Shown: positions 23,401 to 37,385, numbered from the whole stretch's first letter. The stretch is DNA of 61,988 nucleotides, filler included, from Choristocarpus tenellus KU-1152 (GCA_964200185.2; 6 parts of 6 records of this genome joined end to end with filler, not necessarily neighbours in it), one strand, 5' to 3'. Notes: generated from the letters alone by a model not told the origin. Numbers and translations: made by a program.

Positions 23401-26400
23401 TTTAAATGTTTGGGTGACAAAGAAGAGGTTGTCGGCAATCACTATAATTGACTAGAGTAGTCTCCAATCAGTTGTGGTATAGAAAATTGATATGTTGGAA
23501 AAAATTCTGCAAGAATGTTGGTTACACATGTAACATGAATTTTTTACTTTGCTTGCTCTGGTGTTTTTATAGCACTTTTTGTACTGACATATTCCATTAT
23601 TATTATTGTATTTGTCATGGGACATGCATTTCCTATTTTGCTTCAAATTTTACAAATTTTTGTGACAGGTTCTGCGCATATGGGGACAAGATGGGGTTTC
23701 AACTTGCCTGAATCATCGCCTGAAGATGATGCACGAGGTCAGTTGTTCGAGTCAGTTGAATAAATGTTGGTACTGCAAAACCCTTCTGTGGTATATGGAT
23801 TGAATGTATAATTTCTTATCAATAATAATGACTAGGGTTAGATCCTGTTGATGGCCATGACAGATATATGTCCTTATTTATTCTATGCCCTGTCCCCCTA
23901 TCTTAGCTTGTACTTGCTACATCTTTTGAATATGTTTTGTTTTTGAAAGTTGTTGAAGTTTATAGGGATAGGTTAAGTGTACATATCGCAGATTGTTCCT
24001 TAGGCGGAATCCAACAAACCTGGAAGATGACCTACAGACGTTGTGTGAAGAAATGTGTTGACATCAATGGGAGTTTTGCTAGACATCTTTTGGATAAACA
24101 AAGTAATGCAGTTCTTGTATCAAATTATGTAAAAAGTATCTTTACTAAACCTTTTGTGCATACAACCAGAAAAATAGCTTTATCATGTTTTGCCATGTCA
24201 TCTATCTTCTCTTAGCTTGACTTGACCAAACTTAATTTAACCTTGAACCCTCTGTATGTTTCTACTTTCTAATCTGTTGGAAGGGTCAAGGGTGGATACT
24301 ATTGTCGGCATCGCATCAAGCGCTCTTCTTAGCGTAATTGTCGTTTATCTGATTAGTATTGCTGAGTTTTTTATCCTTGTTATGCAATTGGTATATATAG
24401 ATATCTATTAGCCAAACAAGTTGATATATTTGGTATCACTATTCTAATGCCTAGACTACATTAGTAATGACAACATTTTAGCATTTTACCGTTGAGTTTG
24501 AGGTGTACACATGTCCAGCCTTTCATTTCATTTGCTTTCATGTCAAGCACATGCCAACTATGTATTGTTCATGTCTTGTACTTCTGCCCAGTGATTTTAG
24601 TGATCCTATTGGACTATTTTTTTTGGCACATTTTTGAACAGTATATCTTATCCTTTTGACCAGTGACGTAGACACACATGAGTGTGCATGATGGAGTAGA
24701 TTTTTTCAATATTCTGGAGTGTTATGTGGGTGCCATCTAATAAGTCCTTCTTTCTCTGCAACGAATCTTATTTCTATCAATTTTAGGTGAGCCTTCTGAT
24801 ATGAGTTAGGGTTAGGGTTTTATGCGATCTTTTCCCTTGCGATTTAAATCAACTGTGAAGGTTATATTGTTTTTCCACCTGCTCATATTAGTGTGGTAGA
24901 AATGATGATAGGACTGCAGACTAAAGATCCACAGTTTTTGGTATGCCCCTATCTACCAGTTGATGAATGTAGATTTGTTTTAATGTTATGTTGCAAGTAA
25001 CTTGAGTTTCATTGGTTGTTGCTGTAATATGATTTTGTTGTGATGTTTTGTTGTTAGTTGACTTGTGAGGGTGGTTTGCAATTGTGTAACAAATTTTGAT
25101 TCTAGTTGTGCTTGGGGCTAGAGGTTGTACTGCTGATATCCTTTTCCTTTCCTCTTTTTTGCTTTGATTCTTCTATTTTCCTCTGTAGTGACTTCTTAAT
25201 GCTGTTGCAGGTGTTTAACTTCATTCTTGTTTGATTTTGTACTTCACTCCACGCCTACCAGATGTTGCAGCACTACCACAGGAACAGAAAATGGGGAAGA
25301 TGTGAAGCATCTAAGCTGTGGCATCAGAGACTATCGCAGGCAGAGTCTGCTGCCAGGAGCATCGTTGAGGGGTTACAGGAGGTGAGTAAAGTAATGAGTG
25401 GTGTGTGTTCCAAAGAAATTGTCTTGCTCTGGTTGATGAGATGTCAAGATAGGACCACTAGTGAACACTTTACTGATGATGGGCCCATGATAGTTCATAT
25501 TTTTATATATGTTGATACACATGGCCACAGTTCTAACAAGTAATGACATGGGGGATGTATATGAATTGAGTAAGAACTCTTTACTAGTAGGATGCAAAGA
25601 TGTTGGGAGTTCAAAATGGTGAAGACTGCACACTGTACATGTTGCTGTGCCAATCACCACCCTTGTTTTTATTCGCAAGCAGGATGTCGCTGTGCCAACT
25701 CTTGACATCGATTACTGGGAAAATAACGGGGACATCATTGGTCGGGGCGGGTTTGCTAAGGTAAGGCAGGGCATGTTGAAGGCTCCCTTCCCCATGTCTA
25801 TGTTTGACAAGTTTGGGCTATGCTAGTATGAGGTTTGGAAAGAGTTTGTAGCAGTTGCGTATAGCATGTATAAGTTGATGACACTATTTTTTTTTGCATA
25901 TTCCAAGTGTATTCAGTGTCACAGTTACATGATAAACCACTCATTAGTTTGCAACTCACGACTGATGATTTGACCATAAACACTTTGTCAGATGTAAGGT
26001 GATCAGTGTCTGTTTAATTTTGTGTGTATTACTGTAGGATATCTTCCATCTTGTTCTAACAGTTTTTTTTAATACTTCAAAACAGTCTAGTTGTGTAATA
26101 GAGATGTAGGGTTAGGGTTAGGTTCAGGTGCACTACTTTTCCGAGACTGCTCCTTAGGAGATTGAATACCCGTCGTTCCAAAATATCTGTTCGCCTCATC
26201 AGGTGCATCTTGTGGACTACAAGGGTGTGAACGCTGTTGCAAAGTTCCCTTTTGTGGGCTATTTGAGCAATGAGGAATTTGAGAAGGAACTACCGAAAAT
26301 TATTCAGGAGTGCGAAACCATGAAGAAATTGAAGGCATCTCCTTATGTGGTTAGACTTCTTGATGTTGTACAACACGAGTCAAAGCCGGTGAGAAGTGCT

Positions 26401-29400
26401 TGTTAGGTGTATGTGGACTGACATTGTGGATGCTGCTGAAGTAGCTTGACCTCTTTTTTATGATGTATACTTAATTCATAAAGTATGTTGTACACATGTA
26501 TGTTTTGTTTTAGGGCTACGGTTTGATAATGCCTTTGGCGAAGTATTAATACTCAGACTTTCTTACACATCTCTGCCTCTTGGTTGTTGATTATTGGAAA
26601 TAACAGTTGATTATTGTGATGGAGTTTTTGCCAGGTGGGAACTTGCGAACTTTGCTCGATAAGGGTTTGTGGGAGCCCTGGTCTATTACAGGAGTTCAGG
26701 AGGGGTTAGTCCTGGATGTGGTTGCAGGCATGAAACACATACACGCTAACGGGGTCAAGCATGGAGATGTCAAGTCTCCTAACATTCTCCTGGATGGGAA
26801 CCGAAGGGCGAAGGTAAGCCTGAGAGCAATGTGTATGGAAGGAAAAATTGATTGGGGTAATATATTTATTATTATTTGTTACTCCTACACATACAAATGT
26901 TACTATTTCAATTGGATAAACATCTGCAGTACCATGAGAGGTCAGCCTGTGGCCCAGTCTGGTTACAATCTTTATGATCATGGTTTGGTTCTTCTAAAAT
27001 ATATGGCCCATACTGGCCTTCAACCTTGTCTTTCCTTTATAACTTCAGTACTACTACAGCTCCGGTCTGGTTATTTGAAGACATCCTATATGTGATTCCG
27101 TCAGTGGCCTGGTCTAGTTATACTCTCCGATAGCACTGAATCGTTCAAGTTGAGGAAATTTGTTTTTCATACTTTTGTGACTCCATTAAGAATCGAACAT
27201 ACACTCTTTGGTGAACATTAGAATTGAAGAGTCCCTTTCCAATATAGCATAGTCAAGTGTTTGTATAATCTAACAAATGTACTTTTTTTAATGATTATTA
27301 TCGAGTTGTGAACATTCAATACCCTCTGACCATGTTAAAAGAAAAAGTTTACCAGGCCAGACTGTAGTCATGTGTAGTCTCAATCTAAATATCATCGACT
27401 TTGCGCTATTGAGACATTTGGCATAGGTCGTACACTAGTCTGATCTGGTTGTTCTTTCTCCTTGGACTGACTCCTTAGAAACTCAGTTTACCTGGGTAGC
27501 CCCTGTGCCCATTCCTTTTGTGTGTACTAAGTGAGGTGGAAAGTCCTGGATGAGTCAAGGTTGGATACAGGTTGGAAGATCCACTCTATATTCGTTGTGT
27601 CTATACTTGAGAATATGAGTGATGAATATCAATTTTAATGAAAATATATTTTTTCCTGTTCTTGTGCTTCGGTAGTTCAAACCCTAACCCTAAAACAACC
27701 ACATATGTAGGGTGGCATTACAGACTTTGTGAACCACTACTGAAATGCAGTTTTTCGAAAACATACGCCCAATCCCAACACTACCCATAACCATACACCA
27801 AAGTGTGTATGAAAAATATCCCTATCTACTTGAGGAAACAATCTGTAGCAGTATAGTGTTCACTGGGGAACTAACACCTCTCAAGGATATACCACGTTTC
27901 ACTTTTTCGCACACATTTTTTGAAAACCTAGCCCTAACCCTAACCCTGACCTGTGTGTGAAGAATAACGGTAAGCTTTATTTGAAGGAGTGAACCAAATT
28001 TGACAGGGGTGTTTTCCCAAAGACGGGGTTCTCCACTATGCACTTCAACATGTAGTCGTTTTGTGGTGGATGCCTGTTGTATCCAGTTAATGTAGACAGA
28101 GGCGAAGTTGGAACTGATGCGAAGAGTTTGGACTAGACCCTAACCCTAACCCTGCAAGAGGATCTGTATGAAAATGAAAAAAACTGATATGAAAACATAT
28201 TTTCCTTTTAAATACATAACCTTAGAATGTTACCTTTCTAGGAGCTTTCATTTGTTCAAAAAAAAAATCCATACTCTCATTTTCTCTTCCACATGGATAT
28301 TTTTGAGTGGAATACCTCTATTCCTTTTTTGATAACGCAAATCAAAGATAAGTTGGAGCATTGATACTCCCTCTGTTCCTAAGTTTGCAACATTAAGAGT
28401 TTTTACCTCTAGCTTTGGCTGTTTCTTCACGAATATGAAGTCTTCTCTACAAGTGGTGTGGCTCAAGATTAAGGTCTGGTTTTCAGTGGCTGCACTGCGC
28501 CCTGCAGTGGGTACAATGCCCCCCCTTTGTCACGCAACATCTCTGCACCTCCCTCGCCAAGAGCCTTACGAATCTCGTTTAGCCTCCAGACCATCTGTGA
28601 TGCAAGTTCAGTAGCAGCAGGGAATTGCATCAATCACAGAAGCGGCCTCAACAGTATTCATATCAGCAAAACATGGTTACACCTTATCTGCAACAGATAA
28701 CGTGTCCAAATGTTCCCCAGGGATGAAGGGTGGGCTCCACCAATGTACAGGACGATGAGGCGTTTGGCGCACAGATCCTTCCCGTGATACAACGGCAAAT
28801 CGTAATATGGCGTGTTTGTGTCATCCAGCGGGCGCACAGAATTTCACCCAGCCACGAGAGGGGGCAGTAGTACGACTTCAATGTGAACATAAATAATGTG
28901 AACATCGATGCGGAGTGGTAATGGGAGTGGTAAGTGAAGACTTTTCTCCCTGTATTGAAGAACCAACGTTGTGGTTGTAGGGTGAGGAGGTGGCTGTGCA
29001 GCAGGATGGAGCAACCCTAACCCTATGTGAAAAGACGCACCGTGGAAGCTCAACAAAGTCGGGAGAGAGGGGGGTTTGAACGTGAAGCTGGTGATACAGC
29101 CTGCGCGGTCATTTGATTTCAATATCAACAATTTAGGTTTCTGAAGAGTAGAGTTTGGAGGGAGTGTTATGGTGCGATAAATGACCTTGTGAAGGAGGTA
29201 AAGAGTAAAGAGCATCTACATACAAGTACAACGCAGCTACTTTGGAGAGGATGTGGCAGAACCTCTTGAAGCGTAACAATCTAGTTTTGAAGGCGCTAGG
29301 GGGTATTTATTTCGAACAGCCAGCATGAGGGAAGTCGCTGAAATTGGTCAGAATCGATAGAGGGGCTTTCGATTTGGCAGTGGATTGGTGGATTGGTTGG

Positions 29401-30641
29401 CATAAGGAAGGGACAAAGAATGATTTTCACGTACACACATGAAGGACATCAATATAAAAAAAAACCATTTTTAGTGTAGGTCATCTGGAGAAGTTACACC
29501 ATTATCGTCACAGACTACCCGGCTATTATGTTGTTACCATCTCCTTTTGTGTGTCCATTGGGAGGTTCAAGCAGGGATTACAATTTCTTCTTGTGCTTGA
29601 ATTTCAACTGGAGACATGAATTAATTTAAAGATATTTGTGAACTCTTTTCACGAAAAAAAATGTATTTTTTTGTGGTGATTTTTTCTTCTTCACTCTTTT
29701 TATTCTCTTTATAATATTCTGATTGTTAGATTTGTCTTGGTGAAAGAATGGTAAGATGAGAAAACGAGAGATCTGAGGTCAAGGTCTTACCTTCTACCGT
29801 GTCTTTTTAATGGGAATATTCGGAGATTGTGCAGTGAAGGTGCATCATCGTAGACTATTGGTCGTGAACTATGTAGTTTTTGTTGTTTTAAAGATAGGTA
29901 GTAGTGTGAGACATTGTAATGATCTATTGCATTAACTTTTACTTGAAGTCCTATTTTATGCTCCATGTGGAAACTTGTATTTTTCTTTTTCAGACCTGTG
30001 GCCTTTATTCATGACATGTCGTTGATGCTCACTTCTTTGTGTTGTCAAACGGATGTTTCCTGTTATTAACCTTGCAGGTGGCAGACTTTGGACTTGCACA
30101 GGTTGTAAAGATCACCAAGAGCAGTAAGTTGGAGGAGGCAGGAGGGGGTTCTGCACCATGGGCAGCTCCAGAAGTGTTAGATTGTAACCAAAACAGCAGA
30201 GCGAGTGATGTTTACAGGTAGAGTGAGAAGAGTGTAGAGCCATTTTTACATCTGTTAGAAGAAAAGGGTTGCAAGTGATCTTGCTGTCCTGGAACTATTC
30301 CTTACAGGCATGATAGATGAACTCTGCTTGCCCTTCACTTCCAGTTGTCCGTTTTGGAGAAGTTGTAGGATTCTGTGCAACGCTTACCCTGCTAATCAGC
30401 TAGTCCTTCATTGCATGCTCGTAAACACAGCTTTGGCATTGTGTTGTGGGAGATACTCACCCTGGAGAAGCCTTGGGATGGCAAGGAAGTCGAGGCAATT
30501 TGGTGTCAGGTATGTCTGAAAGAACAGCGCCCTCCACTGCCTACAGCTTCGTCTACAAATTCACGTTTCAAGAAAATTATCTCGAAGTGCTGGGCGCAGG
30601 ACCGGAGGGACCGGCCTACATTTGAGGTGTTGGAGGACCAG
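17419..30641 (+). CDS. Probable multi-exon LRR - helical region - TKL-family protein kinase gene (middle exons and 3' end unresolved)
   Basis: Exon 17419-17665 is an LRR N-cap (LLDFYASTNGGSWNNKTGW...ATWYGVRVDDQGWVIEINLRENNLK). 20980-21051 is a 72-bp LRR exon (GTVPEALGDLPALRQLDLSFNQLSG). 22405-22666 joins in frame. Kinase exons: 25262-25381, 25683-25760 (IGRGGFAK), 26203-26388 (AVAK), 26607-26813 (HGDVKSPNILL), 30078-30217 (VADFG...WAAPE...SDVY), 30431-~30641 (SFGIVLWE...CW...RPTF). The kinase part is secure; continuity through 22666-25262 is not. Confidence 0.7.
17830..18088 (+). mobile_element. MITE family A in the first intron of the LRR-kinase gene
   Basis: Family A sequence and TIRs; flanked by AGGA / AGGA. 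Confidence 0.9.
20608..21534 (+). repeat. Pair of ~265-bp direct repeats (about 20608-20873 and 21269-21534) flanking the single LRR exon
   Basis: Both run from TGACAGGAGAGTGTTTGATGTACTGC through GGACAAGAGTCTAGA to GATTGTAAGAACAGAAGT. Confidence 0.9.
21958..21985. repeat. Interstitial telomere-like (CCCTAA)n tract
   Basis: CCTAACCCTAACCCTAACCCTAACCCTA; shorter tracts near 16050, 24807, 26108, 27925, 28137 and 55822. Confidence 0.85.
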
Positions 30642-33600
30642 GCAAGCGTCTATCCGCTCAAGAGGTCTCATCTGTTGCTTGTTGCTTGTCTTACTTACTA
30701 CTCTCGTGGTATTCCTAACCCTGATGATTTCAAGGGAAGGAATAATTTCTCACATCCATTCGATTCTTGTTCTATTCTGTGCTAGCTGTTATTTCTAAGT
30801 GGTTTGCAAAATGATCCACATCATCAGTTTGATTTTGGAGCCAGTTCGAATTGTTTTCACTCAAGTCTTGCACCAACACGAATCTGCCTAATAAATTTAA
30901 CTACTTACCCCCCCACCTGACAAGAAGAGAAGCCTTGGTGGCTGCACATTTTATTTTCGATTTCAGGTCATAATTTATGGTGGTGCAGGTTTAATATTTG
31001 ATTTGTAACACTGTACCATGTCTGTATTGTCTTGTTTTGCAGTGTAAATAACTGTTTGTGAGCATTATTTTTTGGAACGCCACCATACTATTTTTCTTGA
31101 TCTGGTGCTTCTGTGATTTATCAACCCTGCCTTATGCCAGCTCAAAAATGCGATGACAAGCTTTCATTGAGGAATGCCTGGAAAGATGGAATATGCAGTC
31201 CTCCACAGTGCAGTGGCAACAGGAAACCTGGACCCTATTACTATTTGGTATAACTAATGGCTTGCTGACAGGTTACACACTCTTGTCAATTTTGTAGGGG
31301 TTACGGTAGGAGACATCTTAAATTTTTGTTCTACAAGGGCCTTGGTGTCCAATGATTGGCGTGGTCATGATAGAGAGAACAAGGGAGTGGGCCGCCTCTG
31401 TGATATTGAAAGTCCCAAAGATACTGGAATTGTATTGTCTTGTACGCACAGGGTAGGCGTTGGGAGTTTGATTGCTTGTTGGGTTGAATGATGTTGAGGT
31501 TAAAACAAATACCAACCCCGAAGAGTGATAAAGCTGCTGGTTGAAGTTTGTTGGCACAATTGACTGCTGAGGTCAAAATTGTGTGTCCTTCAAAACTTGA
31601 AATGGTTTAGAGACTGTGATTTTATGCGATTTGCCGAATGGAAAGGATTTGACATGGTTACAATAAAAAAGTGAAGTGTTCATGGGAGAGTCGATAATGG
31701 GGGATACCATTGAGAGATGCGTCTTGTAGTCATTCGCTTCAGTTCCAGAGGTTGAGTCAAGATATATTTGTGATAAGGGCGATGACGGGTGAATTTATGT
31801 GTTTTTGGAAATAGGAGTGTCAAGCTCAGTGTGGACACGTGCTGGCTGATATTCGCTGGGAAATGTATTTTGTAACGTGCTTGTGTGTCTAGCATACAAC
31901 ACTTGTATGGTTTCGTACTACATGTTGGATGTTGGTTTAGCTTTCGTTTCCTCTTCTTGTGGGGACATTCCAGCTGAGGCTTGGATGAGGTCGAAAGTAG
32001 GGACATGAGGTTATCTCTTCATTCAGTGAGGTCATGTTTTTGCTGGGGGATTGGTTGAGAAAGGAGGTTTTAAGTGGGCAATGTAAACGATTAACATTAA
32101 GATACATATTGGATTAAGGTTTCTGTGTATGAAAGATTTTTAGCAGTTGGCTTGCTTTTCGTGTTCTTTTTAATCTAGACAAGTTTGGCAGTCTTCGCTG
32201 GTTTCATGCATTTTTTGTTGCTCCTATTATTCTTGATGCGGCATCTCTGTTGCTTTTCTGATTAATAACCAATGTTTTTGAAGATGAAAGTCAATTCCTA
32301 GTAGTTCAGGATTTGTGTGTGATTTGTGCCACACAGTATGTAGTGCGCTTGGCATTTGGTACATGATGATGCACAGGGTCAAGGTAGAATGCAACATCGT
32401 CTGACTCTTTCTTGGTTCCAGATACGGCATTTTCGAATAGGGAGGTTAATCCATGTGTTGAATGGATATACGAGGGCTGTAGCCATTTGGTATGGACCTA
32501 TAAAGCCGGTCTCCCCTGCTTGCACTTCAGGTGAATTATTGATTCATGTGTGTGGAATGTCAGAGTGTGTCTCCCGTTTACAACCATGGACTTCTATATT
32601 CAACAATTTGCATCAGAAAATAATCCAGTGAATGACCCTACAACGACACATGGGAGGATGAAGACCAAGATGAGCTCATTGAGATATGCTGTGTACTGGA
32701 CTTCATGGTACACGAATTAATTCAGGATTACGGTTAGGGCTAGGTTAATCCAAAATTGTCAAGTTTATTCAGTAAAACAAATGGTCTTTTTCCTTCTGCA
32801 ATCTATATTACGAACGTCCACAGACATAACAACAACTGACTGCCAAGATTGTATTTACAATTTAGATAAAGAAATAGATACGACAGAAAATGCCCTAAGG
32901 GGAGATTGGGTGGTGGTACAGAGAGGGGAAACAAGACAGAAATAACCATTGCACTCTAAGCTACAGAAACAATCGAGCAACCTGGATACGTTTCCAGATT
33001 GTGACATCACGACGGGAGGAAGGAGTGAAGCCAAATATTGTTTCTGGTGTAAAAACACTTCATCGGACACATGGTCCACACCAACTCTAACCCTAACTGT
33101 TACCCCAGGAGATAGTGAAAGCAAACAACAGCAACCACAACAGGAAATGTAAAACGTCGATGCAACCTTGCTCGCTTAGGAAACAAATCAATCTTTTTTC
33201 TTTCCAACCAATCAGTTACGTTCAAACACGACTATACACTTGCTCTACACATTGCTATGGAAACTGGTATCATCCCGTTGTATCCCCTAGCACTGGGGGA
33301 CCGTGGCAGACAAAAAGGTAAATAGTGATTGGCGTCAAGACTCAGCATAGGGTTAGGGAATGAGGGGGAGATATTATTATACTTATTGAAGACTAAAGTC
33401 ATGATAGTGATTATGATAATAACATTAATATTAATGACATAGGAGTAACATGAATTGTTTAAAGAAATTGATGTTTCCAAGACTTGTGTATGCAAGTAAC
33501 TCGATTAATTCCTTATTGTGTAGAACAGATTGTAGATTAAATAGGGAAGGTGAAAGGAGGAGTGGATATTCAAGCCCAAGGGGGGGGTCCTTGCCAACAA

Positions 33601-33794
33601 ATCAATTATATTCTGCGAATGGCTAATCTAACTAATCACAGATTACTTCCCAAAATGCTTCCTATTCCTGAACCCTTCCATATTCTAGTTGTTGAAACCC
33701 AACCGTATCTTCAATTCTTCAGAACACAAATATTGTTTGTTCATCCTTACCTTGTTTCTCAGAGGCTTCTTTGACACATGAATAAAAAGCATAT

Positions 33795-34052
33795 GAGCCA
33801 AAGTATCTTAGAGGGTAGGGCCTTGTCCATTTGGGGTCAAAATCCAATGTTGTGATTTGATGTAATTTTGGCTATCGTGTTTGCTGGGAAGTGTCAATAT
33901 CCTTGTTCCGGACACACCTTTTCATGACTTACACATTTTACCTACTCAGAAACATTTTGGATTAGGAAAATGTCAGAAAAATACGCCATGGGAAGTCAAG
34001 CCCCAAATGGACAAACAGGGCAAAACTCGTACCCTATGAAATACTTTCACTC
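33795..34052 (+). mobile_element. MITE family A
   Basis: Family A sequence and TIRs; flanks ATAT / TATT (TSD imperfect). Confidence 0.88.
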
Positions 34053-34534
34053 TATTCTTAACATGAGTACTTCATACATGTTCGCAATAGCTAACAAGCG
34101 TGTTAAAATAAGCCTCATAATATTGTGATACAACTGTTGACCAAGGCACCAATCTCACACGACTGTGTTACTTCATGTATCTTGTCGTGATACCTATATA
34201 GCTATAGCTAGGATGAGTCACCTTTCCTCTCTCTCTTCCTCCCTAATAATTAAGTACAACCCCACCAAACTAAGATTTCTTAGTTGGTAATCCACCTGAA
34301 GAAAAAAGACCCATAAATAATAATAGGAGTAATTACAAGACCATAGCAAAAAGACTAGGATAGATAGGGTTTACACAAGCTTGAGCAAGAGAACGTACTC
34401 CCATCCGGAACAGTGCGGTTTTATGTCCTCGGTACTCCACAGTATAGAGAACAAAATAGCACACCATTTTGGGTCAAACTCATCCTCCATAGTATGCTCC
34501 ATCCTCGATTTTGAGCCTTCTTCAATAAGGGTTG

Positions 34535-34634
34535 NNNNNNNNNNNNNNNNNNNNNNNNNNNNNNNNNNNNNNNNNNNNTTAATTAATTAANNNNNNNNNN
34601 NNNNNNNNNNNNNNNNNNNNNNNNNNNNNNNNNN
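34535..34634. other. Artificial contig spacer
   Basis: N44-TTAATTAATTAA-N44. Confidence 0.98.
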
Positions 34635-35424
34635 GGGTCGTGTGAGGCTTCACACCTTCTTATCTTCACTACTAACAAATAGCATTACCTCCCAAGGTAA
34701 TTTGCACAGCCTCAGCCGAAAGCCTGATCGTCAGGCAGAAACAAGGACTATATCGCTACAACAGGACTTCCATGCACGAATAGGTATCAAGCCAATCCTC
34801 ACTTTTATACAGAGAAGTTGTCAACCGTGTACTGGCAACCCTTGCACCGATGCTTCAACCTGTTCTGACTCAGAAGCCTTCGCCCGCTGTCTGTGCAGCC
34901 TTAAATACCGAACTATTTCCGTTCCCAGCAAGCACAGTACCTTGTTCGTCCCCCCCCCAGAAAAGCAAGGCCCCAAAACCCGTTCGATCAGTCACATCCG
35001 TTCCCCAGCCTGTGCTTTGATCCCTACCTGCTTTAGTCACAGACAGGGCGAACGATAGAAGTCGGCACGATTTGGGCAAAGTCATACCTCCATCTTCTAC
35101 CTCCACAAGACGAAGTCGACATATGGCTAAAGGCACACAAGTTTGCTTTCATCATGCCAGTAGTCAAGACTGCTTCACGTCTATTACTGACGATTGCAGG
35201 TATACGAAATGCCACTCGTTAGTTCCAAGAGGAATCCACTCATACCTTTCGGGAACCCACCAAGGATCTCCTGGTATTCAATCTACTGCAGTGTCTCGTA
35301 CGATGGTAGCCTTAATAGAAACGAATCTCGATACCTAGCAGCGATGCAGCACTCAAAACTTTCTCCACTATCCACGAGAAGCCCAACCGTTTCGGACGTT
35401 GCAGAGTCGTCTTGAAGTTGCGCC

Positions 35425-35850
35425 ATGAAGTCTGAAGTCCGGGCGATCCATGTCATTCCAACTATAGACAAGACTTCCATTCCCACCTCGACAATATTGA
35501 TCATGACACTGACCATTGTACTAGTCAAGTATCAATATATGCCCTGCCATGTCACCCACATAGTCCACTCGAGAATGCTTGCCCAGGTACTCCTTGACAC
35601 AGGTGCAGGTCTCATCTATTTTTGTGAAAATTGCTTACCACAGCTCAACATGGCAGACAAAGGTACCTTAAATGCAGCAAACCTCAGAGGGTGCAATATT
35701 CTACCTGTGCTGGTACTGAGGTCATGCAAACTTCTAATAGCGTTTTCCCCAGAGGAAAAGTACGCAATATAGCTTTTAGGATAATGGTGGGGCTGCCATA
35801 CGAAATTATTTTTAGGTACAATATTTTGTAGACAACACTAGAGTGAACTG
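35425..35850 (+). mobile_element. Decayed LTR-retrotransposon (probably Ty3/Gypsy-like) aspartic protease remnant
   Basis: VLLDTGAG is a retropepsin D-T-G motif in intronless, frame-broken sequence; upstream 34635-35420 may be decayed gag. No RT, integrase or LTR recognised. Confidence 0.5.
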
Positions 35851-36771
35851 CCATTTAGAGAAGGCTAATGCTCCCAACCATCACCACTGCCACCAAGGGT
35901 ACCTTTTGTCAACATTCCAACACCTAGATCGAGCAGTAACAATGTACCCTTGTCAGACCTTAGCAAATGGCATTGTGGTACAAAGGAAAGTCCTAAGAGG
36001 GGATAGTTGTTAGACTAGGTAACTAAACAGAAGAAATGAACAGCTTTACCTTACTACAGTTAGATGATTATCATGGACCTTCACAACCCTAACACAGGAC
36101 CATGTCCAACTAATGTTCCCACCCAAGAACAACTCTTGCCTCGAGAGGATGTGATACGTCTCTCCCCTCTAGGTACTAGTGTCAAACATTTTGGAAGGAT
36201 GAAAGCTGAAGAGACTGGTAGGACAGGATCCAGGTTTTGATTTCAAGTCACCCGACTGGAGGGTATGGTTGAAGGATGGAGGTAATGAGGAATTCAGCAG
36301 GAGAGAAATGAGTGCCTCCTCCTGAAAACCTCCCAGCAGGTAACAACTGTATGCCTGAGGGACAAGGTGAGGTTCAACTGGTACATGCTAGAACAAGAGA
36401 TTAAAGCATGGAAAATCATAAGTAACTGAAAGTAATGTGAGACAGCAGAAGCTAAAATGAAGCTGCCCACATTAGAGCACACATTAATATACATTGGTTG
36501 TATAGGCTGAAGTCCTTAGAAAATATAAACACTGAACTTACTACTTTTTATTTTTATTATTTTATTTTCCTCTATGTTGTAACAACTCTCTGTGACAGTG
36601 AATTCTTTATTTTCTATATCTTCCATGTCTCACTTTTGTTTTCTAATGTTTATTTATTTTTGGTTCTCATCCCATCAATCCCATGACTTTTAATTTCATT
36701 TTCTTTTCATAGTTGTCACTCTATTTATATTTTTAGTTTTTTTTCTTTTCTTTTTTTTACTTTTTACTTTT

Positions 36772-37375
36772 TGTGAGTGGGGAAAATCATGCACGTGGTA
36801 CATATGATATCTATTCCTGCAGCAAGCAATGGATACATGGCCGACGTTGTTACGTGAAAGAAAACAATAGCTTGAAGTTTTGAGTTAGTTTACCGATTGG
36901 CAGACTTATTCTAAATCGAGGGTGATGGTTGCAAGTGTGCACGGACAGTGTGTTGTCGATAAATAAATGCGTACATGCGATTATTATGTGGGTCGTGGTG
37001 TGGACGTGAAGGGAAGGCCCGGAAGTGACATAATGGGTCAACGATATCTATTGCGTGTTTAGTGTATGGAATACCAAGGGGCGGGAGGGTGCAGACTGAT
37101 GCGAGTGGCAAGTAGGGATCAAATTATTGTGGGTGGGGAGAATCATGCATGTAGCATATGTGGTATATATTCCTGCAACAAGCGATGGGTATATGGTCGA
37201 CGTTGACACTGGAAAGAAAACAAGAACTCGGAGTTTTGCGCGAGTTTACCGATTGGCAGACTTGTACAAAATAGGCGACGATAGTTGTAAATGTGTACAG
37301 ACTATCTGTGCAGTCATTTGATAAGTGCGTATGTGTTATCTTGACGCTGCGCATTGTGTCGGCGTGAAGGGAGTG
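36772..37375 (+). repeat. Two diverged ~245-bp direct repeats (about 36772-37015 and 37127-37372)
   Basis: Shared TGTG.GTGGGGA.AATCATGCA...TATTCCTGCA.CAAGC.ATGG...TTTACCGATTGGCAGACTT...CGTGAAGGGA. Confidence 0.8.
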
Positions 37376-37385
37376 ACGGATATGA

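Noticed and set aside
28480-29100. GC-richer insert in a kinase intron, possibly a nested gene or transposon
   Set aside because: No consistent ORF, termini or TSD found.
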